Shown here one piece after another: positions 48,969-57,298 of a DNA stretch of 64,000 bases. The first letter of the stretch is position 1, and each line of letters opens with the position of its first letter. A model generated the notes under the pieces. It made no database searches. It was not told the DNA's origin and saw only the letters and a program-made list of their open reading frames with translations. The position numbers and the translations under genes were made by a program. Origin of the DNA: Leptonemataceae bacterium (GTDB lineage: Bacteria; Spirochaetota; Leptospiria; Leptospirales; Leptonemataceae); the NCBI GenBank assembly GCA_965227295.1, contig OZ245742.1:160001-224000 (forward strand), written 5' to 3'.

Positions 48969-49219
48969 GCGCCAGGGATGCGGAGGGGGCCGCGCAGCGG
49001 CCGACTCGCCGAAGGCGAGGCCGAGCGGAGCGAGCCCGGAGCAGCCCGACCGCCACGCAGTGGCGGGGGCGCCCAAAAAGATTATCTTCCGTACAATTCA
49101 GGACTTATTTTTTGGGCGTTCCCCTCGCTTCGCTCGGGTCGGGCTGCTACGGGCTCCGCCTTCGGCTTCGGTCTTCGCTGCGCGAAGACTCGCTTCGCGA
49201 CCCTTCGCATCCCTAACGC
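48969..49219. repeat. inverted pair of ~110-bp hairpin-rich REP/MITE-like elements
   Basis: The left copy (48969-49079) and the reverse complement of 49109-49219 share GCG..AGGGATGCG.AGGG, AGCCCG.AGCAGCCCGACC and CGCCCAAAAA blocks. Confidence 0.8.
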
Positions 49220-49482
49220 GAAGAGTTTATGTCCCTTTCCCGCGCACGGATGCAACAAAAATACGTCAAAACGCGTCAAATTCACCGTAGACCCCGTTTG
49301 GCGGGGATATCCACGAAATAATCCTTGCTTTTCCTCTGGTTTTTCGCGGAAAATTCCCGGAGAGCCGCAGAAATTTGACACGTTGTGTTGATTCCGTCGC
49401 TTATATCACCGATACAAATTCTGAAGCGGCGAAAATACGCCGTTCGTGAGCGAAACCTCGTCTGAATAAGAAGGTGCAGATA

Positions 49483-50400
49483 ATGAAACAACTGACGTTC
49501 CTGATTTTAAGTCTGATCGTGACCGCCCCCCTGATGGCCCAGGGCGGCCAGGGACCGCAGGGAACCGGCCAGCAGAACTATACGAACCCGGCCAACCCGA
49601 CTCCGTACGAAGCGACCCCCGGTGAACTGGTCTCTGAAGAAGTAGACCTGAACCAGCTGACCCCCGAGCAAAAAGTCATCCGCGACCGTAACTTACGCGC
49701 GGAAGAACTCTGGAAAAACGCGGACTACCGCGATTACAACAAGGCGTTCGCCGAACTGCATCAGCTTTCGCGTGCGTTCGCCAACAACAAGTATCGCCTG
49801 GCCCTGTCGGCCTACCAGTCCGGCGTAAACACGATCATCAAAATGCGCGACGAAGTGGAACTGTTCCGCAAGCAGTCGTCCGAAGCGAAGTACCTCAACG
49901 AAAAGTGGTACTGGCAGATCGTAGACCGGAAAGCGCGTGAAGAGCGGCAAATCAACCGCAAGAAGCGCACGGCGAAACTCGAAGCGGTGACCTACTTTAC
50001 CCGGGCCATCAACCACCTCGACGAAATCCGGAACCCGGACCTTCGCGAAAAGCCGGCCTTCAAGCGCCTGCTCTCCGCGGTCTACCGGAACTGGGTGATG
50101 TATCAGTTCGACCTGGGCAACCTGCCGCAGTGCATCCCGATCCTCGAACTCTACATCGAGATCGACGAGAACGAGAAGGAGTATCCGGCGCACAAGTATC
50201 TGGCGCAGTGCTACGCCTTCCAGGAAATGATGATCAAGAAGTACGGCGTGGGCACCGAAGACCAGATGTTCCGCTTCCGTTACAAGAAGAACGTGCATTT
50301 ACTCCGTGCGGCCGAACTGAAATACGGTAAGGAATCCGCCGAATACAAGCACGTTGTGAACCTGGTGAACCGCGACGAGATCATCTCGGTCCAACCGTAA
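49483..50400 (+). CDS. fcpA: flagellar coiling protein A
   Basis: Signal peptide then motifs recalled from Leptospira Fcp[80 protein letters not shown]. Confidence 0.92.
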   Translation: MKQLTFLILSLIVTAPLMAQGGQGPQGTGQQNYTNPANPTPYEATPGELVSEEVDLNQLTPEQKVIRDRNLRAEELWKNADYRDYNKAFAELHQLSRAFANNKYRLALSAYQSGVNTIIKMRDEVELFRKQSSEAKYLNEKWYWQIVDRKAREERQINRKKRTAKLEAVTYFTRAINHLDEIRNPDLREKPAFKRLLSAVYRNWVMYQFDLGNLPQCIPILELYIEIDENEKEYPAHKYLAQCYAFQEMMIKKYGVGTEDQMFRFRYKKNVHLLRAAELKYGKESAEYKHVVNLVNRDEIISVQP

Positions 50401-50438
50401 CAACTACCAAACACCACTTATTCAGAGGGTGACAAACG

Positions 50439-50471
50439 AACCCGGCGCCGGAAAACGGCGCCGGGTTTTTT
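50439..50471 (+). terminator. rho-independent terminator of fcpA
   Basis: AACCCGGCGCCG-GAAAA-CGGCGCCGGGTT followed by a T tract. Confidence 0.9.
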
Positions 50472-50535
50472 GGTATATGTTTAGTTGTGCACTGTGCCCG
50501 GCGGGCGGGAGGTTCACTGGAATGCACGACGAATC

Positions 50536-53500
50536 TTACAGGGAAGAAACCCGGTCCGAGGTCTCACCGCTCAAGTACCGTTTTCCGGTAAGGACCCCCG
50601 TATTGATGAGAACATCCGGGGCGTAGGTGAACAGCGATTGCACGAACCGCTGCTGCAAACTCGGGCGCAGTATCACGGCCTCGACGAACTCATTTCCGTG
50701 CACGGCGACGGTGCGCGCCACGTCCCTGGCAGCCGGCACGAACGCATGCGCCTGGACTGCGTCGTCAGCGATACGAACACCGCCCACCCCCGAAGCTCCT
50801 GCCGTCGCCGGCCCTTTTTGAAACTTACGCAGGGTAACGAGACCCAACGCCGCACCGATCCCGGCATCGATGCCCACCAGCCCCCAGTCCACGCTTCCGT
50901 TCTCCACCTGTTGGGTGATGGCGGAACGAGAGAAAGATTCCACCGCGGCGCCGGCTACGCTGGTAATTTGATGCAGAGTCGCCTGGCTTAACTTTACGCC
51001 GGCCTGCGCGGCCCGACTGGAGAGCAGCGCGGCCTTCGTTGCGCCGGCCACAAAACCGCCGAAGACTCCGGACGCCGCCCCGATCCCGATGGAAATTCCG
51101 AACTGCGCCCAATCCCAGGCCGCTCCGGTAAGGACGACCTCGATTCCGTAAGCCAGACCGCTGATGACGACGCCGGTCGTCACACCGACGGCCACCGCGG
51201 AGGCGATGCTACTGGCCGCGACCGCCGCCGCAGCAGCGGAAGCCGCCGCGGCCGCCGAACTCGCGGCGGAAGCAATCACGCCCGCCAGGAACGGCAGAAA
51301 GAACAGGTTTCCGCCCGGGTCGGAGTACGACACGGGATTGTTGCCGGCAAAGGCATAACGATTGATCGACGCGGCGTGAACCGTGTTCGTGCCGAACGTC
51401 AGGGTGTCGGCCTGAAGAAAGCTGCCGATCGCAGGATCGTAGTAGCGCGCATGAAAGAAGTACATGTCCGCGTCGCGATCGTACTCGTTGTTGTTGAATT
51501 TCCCGCGGAAGATGTCGCGGCCGTCGCTCGATTCCTGATAGACTTCGCCGTACGGTTTATAAACGGTATGCGCGACCTCCTTGCCGTCGGCATCCGTAAC
51601 CAGGCTCGTGGAACCGACCTGGTTGTACTGGAAATAGAAGGTCCCTTCTTCCGGGTAACCGTAGCCGTTCCCCCCGGGCCCCAGGAGAAAGTTAAATTCA
51701 AAGAGCTCACTGCCCGGCGGCGCCAGCGGGAACAGGGGAACGTTCCCGGAACCGCTCGTGCCGCACTGAATGCTGAGCGACAGCACCGCCGTCGCGAGAA
51801 TCGGAGCCGGCCAGAGAATTCGGCGACGGCGCCGCTGGTACGACGACACGCGACGACCGGCGTAAAGGATTGCGGCGGTCAGGGAAGCGGCCACCGCCAG
51901 CGCCAGCAGGACCAGCAATCCGACGCGCGCCGTCGCGGGATCCCGAACATAGGCCATCGTCGTATGACTCAGAAAACCGCTCAGGCCACTGATGCTGCCC
52001 ATGTTGTACATCTGCGCCTGGAGAGCGTGGCCGGCACTCGTTCCGTGAATCAAGGCGACGGCGCTTGAATCCGTGGAAATGGCCGCAATGCGACCGCCGG
52101 GTCCCTGCACGTACTCCGTGCTGAGAATGTCGCCGCCCGCGAAGCGCGTCACTTCGAGTTCCCGGTTCACATAGATGGTTTCGTTGCCGTTGCCGTCGAG
52201 TTTTCGAACGCGATCACCGCCGGCATCATACTCGTAGCGTCCGGCCAGCATCCCGTTCCGGGCGACCTGCCGGATCTTGTAGCGACCATCGTAGTCGAGC
52301 TGATAGACGTTCCCGTCGCCGGTCCGGCGTTCGATCACGTTGCCGTGCCCGTCGTACTCCAGGGCAAGGCCGTTGCTGCCGCTCACCGGCCGGCTGCCCT
52401 CGTAAGTTAAGGTGAGATCACCCTTACGGTTAAGGTTCCCCTCACTCGTGTACTCGTAAGTGATTTCTCCGTACGGACCGACCGCCCGCGTCAGATAACC
52501 GAAACCGTTGTAGGAGTACGAGGTATCGTTGTCACCGATGAGGTCTTCCACACCGGTCACCTGATGCATGGCGGTCCAGGTGTAGCGCTGGTCCAGCAGA
52601 TCGGCGGAATCGGAGTCCGTCGTATGGATGGACTGTACCCGGCCGACGACATCGTACGTGAAGTCCGTCGTTACGCCGTTGCCGTAAACGATCTGCCCCG
52701 GCTGAGCGCGCGCCGTATAGTTTGCATAGCGGGCGAAGACCGGCGCGTTGGAATCAGCGCAATCGTTCACGGCGACTTTGATTTCCGCGAGATCGCCGTT
52801 GTCGGCGTAGTCGTAGCAGGCGATCCGCCCGGAGGGGTACCGAACTTCCTGCGGCCGATCCAGGGGATCGTTGCGGTACTCCATGACATGCGTTCCACCG
52901 CTCCCGCCGTCGAGAATCAAACGCGTTACCGCCGGATTGCCGTTGGCATCGTAGGAATATTCGCGGCGGGATGTTTCGGAGCCGGAGGCGTTGCTCATGA
53001 CGGCGGCGGTCATCCGAAATTGCGCGTTCGTGAAGGCATCGTTGTCGTACTCGAATCGCGCGGAGCTGCCGTCGTGGTACGTGACGAGAGTCTTGCGGCC
53101 GAGGTCGTCGTGGGTGAAGCGTTTGTCTTCGCCGTTGTGTCGCTCAAGCTCAAGTAATCCGCGATGATCGTAATAGTAGTCCGTCGTCCCACGCTCGCTG
53201 TTCTGTACCCGGGTGCGGCGCCCCAGAGAGTCCCAGGTAATGTGGGTGTAATTCGAAGCGGCGTCGCTGACCGTCGTTAACCGGTCCAGCTCGTCCCGGA
53301 AGAATCGCTGGGCGATGCTCGTGTTCGTATCCAGGTCGGTCATGTAGATGACCTGGTCGACGCCTTTGAAGTTTCGACAGCGGGTAATCTGCAAACGCGA
53401 CGCGGCCACATTGTGATCTTCACGCAGTTCCGTGAACCGTTCGAGGCCGGGTTCACAGTAGCCCTGGTATCCCGGGCCGGCACCGTGGACGGTGCTGATC

Positions 53501-56500
53501 ACGGCTCCGCCCGGCACAATCACCCGGGCGGCGCGATGATAGGCGTCGTAATAGTAGTGCGTCCAATCCGGAGTCTCACCGCTCCGATGAACGGTGGACT
53601 CCTGCAAGACCTCGCCCCGTAAACCGTAGTACTTCAAACGAACGCGCAGGTCGCTGCCGGCACCGGTCTCACTGCGCACAACCCGCCCCAGGCCGTCAGC
53701 CACTTCCCGCCCCGAAGTCATCCCGGCATCGTCCCAGCTCTGCCGTACCTGCGAGACGGTCACATAGAAACTTCCGTCCCGGCCGTAGCTGCGCCCTTCG
53801 ACCTGCACGATACCATCCGGCCCGGTCCGATAGACGGCGACCGGGCGACCGAATCCGTCGTACTCAATGCGCCGGACATTGCCGTCAGCGTCCGTTTCTT
53901 CAGCGGGCCCGCCGTAGCGCGCGTCAAACTCCTGTCGCTGCGTGAAAGTCTTACCGGCGGCGAAGACCCGCTTGACCCACGGATACGTATGATACGTCGA
54001 CTCGTAGTTGATCAGTTCAACGGCGCCGGACGGCCGCTGGATCTGCGTACGGTTGCCGTAGGTATCGTAGTCATAGTGGCTGGTCAGCCAGTCGTTGCGG
54101 CTGCTGTCGAAGTCGTGCCGCCGAATGACGTTCCCCGCACTATCGTGATCCACGGTGAACTCGGTCATTCGATTCGAGCAGGCACATGCATCACCGGAAA
54201 GAGCGCAACCGGTTCCGACGACGGTTCCTGCCAGGGGTCCCGACCGCTGGTTGATGCTGTCGTTGGCGTAGTTCGAACATGTTTGCAGAGTCCGATTACC
54301 GTCGTTCTCGGTCAGCAGGGCGAGATTGCCGAGGCTGTCGTACTCAAAGTCCGTGGTGTTCGCAATGGAGCCGTCGTACATGTACTTGCGGACGACCTGT
54401 TGCACAAGCCTCGGTGCATAGGATCGAGCGGCAACTCCCGGAACCCAACCCCACTGGTGGTCCACGGAAGAGATCAACGCGCCTGCCGTATGTCGCGTGG
54501 TCTCACTCAGCGACCGACCCACCAGGGGAAAGACGACACTGTAGTCCGTCGTCGTCACGTTACGTTCACTCGGGGCAGTAGTCGTCAAACGCAGGAAGCC
54601 CTGAAAACCGCGGCCCCCCGTATGGAGCGTGGCACCACGATAATCATACGTGCGTTGGATCGTGTGCACCTCGGTGCCGTCCGGGCCGGCTGTCGGCACG
54701 CTCCGCGTATACGTATGCAGCACCGGCAGGGGCGAACTCAGGGCGCGGTGACCGGCCGGAAAATTCATGCCGCTGTTCGCATCGTACTCCGTCAGGCGGC
54801 GATAGCTGAACTCGTGCGTAAGGCTGCCCTGTAAAATCGTTGCGACGGTGTCGTTGGGTTTCGCCTGAGCAACCGGGGAGCTGAAATATATGCGAAAGCT
54901 GGATGAGGTGTCGTTGTCCCAGCTGCTGTGCTCCTGGCGAATAAAGTCCGAACGCCCGTCGCCGTCGAAGTCCCCGGGAATCAGAAAGGCCCCCGGGTCC
55001 GCCCGGAGGTCCCACTGATAGATCCGCCCCTGCGGCTCCAGATAATCGAAGGTCCCGTCCCCGTGCGAAACATAGACCGCAAAGTTTTCGGTCCCTCCGT
55101 CGTCCCAGGCGCCTTTGGTCTGCCGCATAAAGTCCGTGCGGCCGTCGCCGTTGTAGTCCAGGGGAATGATGTTGGCTCCGTTGTCGAAGCGCAGTTTGTC
55201 CTGGTAGATGCTCCCCGGGGGCGAAACGATGTGAAAGTAACCGTTCCCGATGGAAAAGTATACGTTGAACGTATCGAGGTTATCGTCGTCGAGGCGGCCC
55301 TTTTCCTGGCGAATGAAGTCCGTCTTGCCGTCGCCGTTAAAGTCACCCGGAATGATGTTAGCGCCCTCGTCAAAGCGCAGCCAGGCCTGGTACTGAAGAC
55401 CCTCGGGACGGACTTTCTCGAAGGTTCCGTCCCCCTTCGAGAAATACACCTCGAAGGTTCCCACGTTATCATTGCCCCAGACGTTGTGCTCCTGGCGGAT
55501 GAAGTCGGTCATCCCGTCGCCGTTGTAATCGCCGGGGATAATGATCGCGCCGTGGTCCGCCCGCAGGTTGTCCTGATACATTACGCCGGAAGGTGTCCGA
55601 ATGTCGAAGTAGCCGTTCCCCAGCGAGAAGTAGACGTTGAAGGTGTTCGAGTTATCGTTATCCCAGCTGCCTTTTTCCTGGCGGATAAAATCGGTCATGC
55701 CGTCGCCGTTATAATCGCCGGTAATGATATTCGCGCCGGGATTGAAGCGCAGCCATTTCTGATACCGGGTGCCGGCCGGTTCGACGACCGTAAAGTACCC
55801 GTCGCCGTTTGAGAAATAAACCTGAAAGGTACCGCTGTCGTTGCTGCCCCAACTGCCTTTTTCCTGGCGAAGAAAGTCCGTCTTGCCGTCGCCGTTGAAG
55901 TCGCCCGTGATGATGTTCGCACCCGGATCCAGCCGCAGAAGATGTTGGTACGGATCGTTCTTAGCCCCCTGCACGCCCGGGACGACGATGTCGAAATAAC
56001 CGTCTCCCCGGGAGAAATACACCATGAACGTGTCCGTACGGTCCCCGCCCCAACTGCCTTTTTCCTGACGAATGAAGTCCGTCTTGCCGTCGCCGTTGAA
56101 GTCACCCGGGATAAGCTTCGCGCCCGGATCGTAACGAAGGCTCCCCTGATAGGCGGTGCCCCCGGGCATAACCATTCGAAAGCCGCCGTCTAACGATTGC
56201 TGATCGTTCCAGGTGATTTCAATCGGATCGAGGCAGCGCGTCCCATCGCACTCCTCCACGGTTGCTAACTGTGAACGGCCGGAAGTTACTCCGACCCCGT
56301 AATAAAGAAAGTACTGCTTGTATACGCCGTCTGCTGTCGCGCTACGCACGGACTTCAATCGAAAACGCATGCGCGCTTCCCCGGTACCGTCAAAAAAGAT
56401 CACGTGATCCTTCGGCGAACTTACGGCGTCGTACTCGAGGGCCACGTGGCGATTCGGATAAACGATACGCAGTAGCCGGGCCATGCCGCCGGCCTGGTCG

Positions 56501-57198
56501 TAGACGTAAGTCAGCGCGTTGCCGTTGCGATCTCGAATGTTGCTCAGCATCCATTCGCGAATCGGACGCGTCCCCTGACTCGTGCTATCCACGGTGTAGA
56601 CCCGCGAGTCGGACGTGCCGCCGTACACGCGGACGTGTCCGTCGCTCGTATGCACCTCGAACTGACACGGGCCGCCGCCGCAATTTCCCGACGGCACAAC
56701 GTGGCTGTAGTCTTCGACTTCTTTGCTGTAGGTATTGCCGGACCAGTAGCCGGCGTCGTCGCTGTAGGCCTGCCGTGCGACCAGGCGCGCGCCGTCGAGG
56801 CAGAGCCGATCGCGGTTCGTGTAGCTGACTCCGGAGGGCCGGCCGTCCACGGCAAGGCTCTGCCCGCAACGTTGCATCGCGGATAGACCGCTCAGACGCC
56901 AGCCGACGCCGGTACTGCTTGTGCCGGTACTCTGGCTATTGTAGACGAGGGCGAGTGACGGCTGCAGGCCCTGGATGCCCGGGGACGCCTGGATGGGAAT
57001 GCGAAAGGTCGCCGCCCCGGCCGGGCTCGCCGCGAACTGCCCGGAGATGTTGCCGCCCGCCGTGTACGGCAGCCCCGAGCTGCCCGTCGCCCCCTGCGGG
57101 GCAAATAGAAGCAGGGCGGCAGCAATGAATGCCGCGGCAACGAAACGGCGCGGTAGACTGTGAGTAAGATTATGGAGCTGTTTGTGGGAGCGAAACAT
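50536..57198 (-). CDS. large SpvB/FG-GAP/RHS-repeat protein (TcB-TcC-like fusion)
   Basis: Signal peptide, SpvB-like N-terminus (LALVYNS, GVGWRLSGLS, DRNGN), 7 FG-GAP repeats, YD repeats, RHS core (ARYYDP...YAFAGNNPVSYSDPGG) and a hydrophobic C-terminal extension; start ATG 57198 (alternative 57216). Confidence 0.9.
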   Translation of the reverse strand: MFRSHKQLHNLTHSLPRRFVAAAFIAAALLLFAPQGATGSSGLPYTAGGNISGQFAASPAGAATFRIPIQASPGIQGLQPSLALVYNSQSTGTSSTGVGWRLSGLSAMQRCGQSLAVDGRPSGVSYTNRDRLCLDGARLVARQAYSDDAGYWSGNTYSKEVEDYSHVVPSGNCGGGPCQFEVHTSDGHVRVYGGTSDSRVYTVDSTSQGTRPIREWMLSNIRDRNGNALTYVYDQAGGMARLLRIVYPNRHVALEYDAVSSPKDHVIFFDGTGEARMRFRLKSVRSATADGVYKQYFLYYGVGVTSGRSQLATVEECDGTRCLDPIEITWNDQQSLDGGFRMVMPGGTAYQGSLRYDPGAKLIPGDFNGDGKTDFIRQEKGSWGGDRTDTFMVYFSRGDGYFDIVVPGVQGAKNDPYQHLLRLDPGANIITGDFNGDGKTDFLRQEKGSWGSNDSGTFQVYFSNGDGYFTVVEPAGTRYQKWLRFNPGANIITGDYNGDGMTDFIRQEKGSWDNDNSNTFNVYFSLGNGYFDIRTPSGVMYQDNLRADHGAIIIPGDYNGDGMTDFIRQEHNVWGNDNVGTFEVYFSKGDGTFEKVRPEGLQYQAWLRFDEGANIIPGDFNGDGKTDFIRQEKGRLDDDNLDTFNVYFSIGNGYFHIVSPPGSIYQDKLRFDNGANIIPLDYNGDGRTDFMRQTKGAWDDGGTENFAVYVSHGDGTFDYLEPQGRIYQWDLRADPGAFLIPGDFDGDGRSDFIRQEHSSWDNDTSSSFRIYFSSPVAQAKPNDTVATILQGSLTHEFSYRRLTEYDANSGMNFPAGHRALSSPLPVLHTYTRSVPTAGPDGTEVHTIQRTYDYRGATLHTGGRGFQGFLRLTTTAPSERNVTTTDYSVVFPLVGRSLSETTRHTAGALISSVDHQWGWVPGVAARSYAPRLVQQVVRKYMYDGSIANTTDFEYDSLGNLALLTENDGNRTLQTCSNYANDSINQRSGPLAGTVVGTGCALSGDACACSNRMTEFTVDHDSAGNVIRRHDFDSSRNDWLTSHYDYDTYGNRTQIQRPSGAVELINYESTYHTYPWVKRVFAAGKTFTQRQEFDARYGGPAEETDADGNVRRIEYDGFGRPVAVYRTGPDGIVQVEGRSYGRDGSFYVTVSQVRQSWDDAGMTSGREVADGLGRVVRSETGAGSDLRVRLKYYGLRGEVLQESTVHRSGETPDWTHYYYDAYHRAARVIVPGGAVISTVHGAGPGYQGYCEPGLERFTELREDHNVAASRLQITRCRNFKGVDQVIYMTDLDTNTSIAQRFFRDELDRLTTVSDAASNYTHITWDSLGRRTRVQNSERGTTDYYYDHRGLLELERHNGEDKRFTHDDLGRKTLVTYHDGSSARFEYDNDAFTNAQFRMTAAVMSNASGSETSRREYSYDANGNPAVTRLILDGGSGGTHVMEYRNDPLDRPQEVRYPSGRIACYDYADNGDLAEIKVAVNDCADSNAPVFARYANYTARAQPGQIVYGNGVTTDFTYDVVGRVQSIHTTDSDSADLLDQRYTWTAMHQVTGVEDLIGDNDTSYSYNGFGYLTRAVGPYGEITYEYTSEGNLNRKGDLTLTYEGSRPVSGSNGLALEYDGHGNVIERRTGDGNVYQLDYDGRYKIRQVARNGMLAGRYEYDAGGDRVRKLDGNGNETIYVNRELEVTRFAGGDILSTEYVQGPGGRIAAISTDSSAVALIHGTSAGHALQAQMYNMGSISGLSGFLSHTTMAYVRDPATARVGLLVLLALAVAASLTAAILYAGRRVSSYQRRRRRILWPAPILATAVLSLSIQCGTSGSGNVPLFPLAPPGSELFEFNFLLGPGGNGYGYPEEGTFYFQYNQVGSTSLVTDADGKEVAHTVYKPYGEVYQESSDGRDIFRGKFNNNEYDRDADMYFFHARYYDPAIGSFLQADTLTFGTNTVHAASINRYAFAGNNPVSYSDPGGNLFFLPFLAGVIASAASSAAAAASAAAAAVAASSIASAVAVGVTTGVVISGLAYGIEVVLTGAAWDWAQFGISIGIGAASGVFGGFVAGATKAALLSSRAAQAGVKLSQATLHQITSVAGAAVESFSRSAITQQVENGSVDWGLVGIDAGIGAALGLVTLRKFQKGPATAGASGVGGVRIADDAVQAHAFVPAARDVARTVAVHGNEFVEAVILRPSLQQRFVQSLFTYAPDVLINTGVLTGKRYLSGETSDRVSSL
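54880..56185 (-). repeat. seven ~62-aa FG-GAP/VCBS-like intragenic repeats
   Basis: Consensus GANIIPGDFNGDGKTDFIRQEKG.W....TF.VYFS.GDG.F....P.G..YQ..LR.D occurs 7 times with a ~186-bp period. Confidence 0.9.
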
Positions 57199-57298
57199 GG
57201 ATGCAGGACCTCGCATAGTGTGGCGAGACCCTCGGTCCAGGAACGGGAAACTCAAACGGAATCGGGAAGGGAATACGGAGATTTCGACAAAGACTCTC

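Noticed and set aside
48002-49219. IS21-family element (IstB plus terminal inverted repeats)
   Set aside because: There is no IstA transposase, both repeat copies lie on one side of the gene, and the ATPase is coupled to folK.
49375-49410. sigma-70 promoter for fcpA (TTGACA at 49375)
   Set aside because: The -35 is perfect but there is no convincing -10 at 16-18 bp spacing.
54880-56185. CRISPR array or DGR template repeats
   Set aside because: The repeats are in-frame protein repeats with a ~186-bp period and synonymous variation; no cas or reverse transcriptase genes are present.
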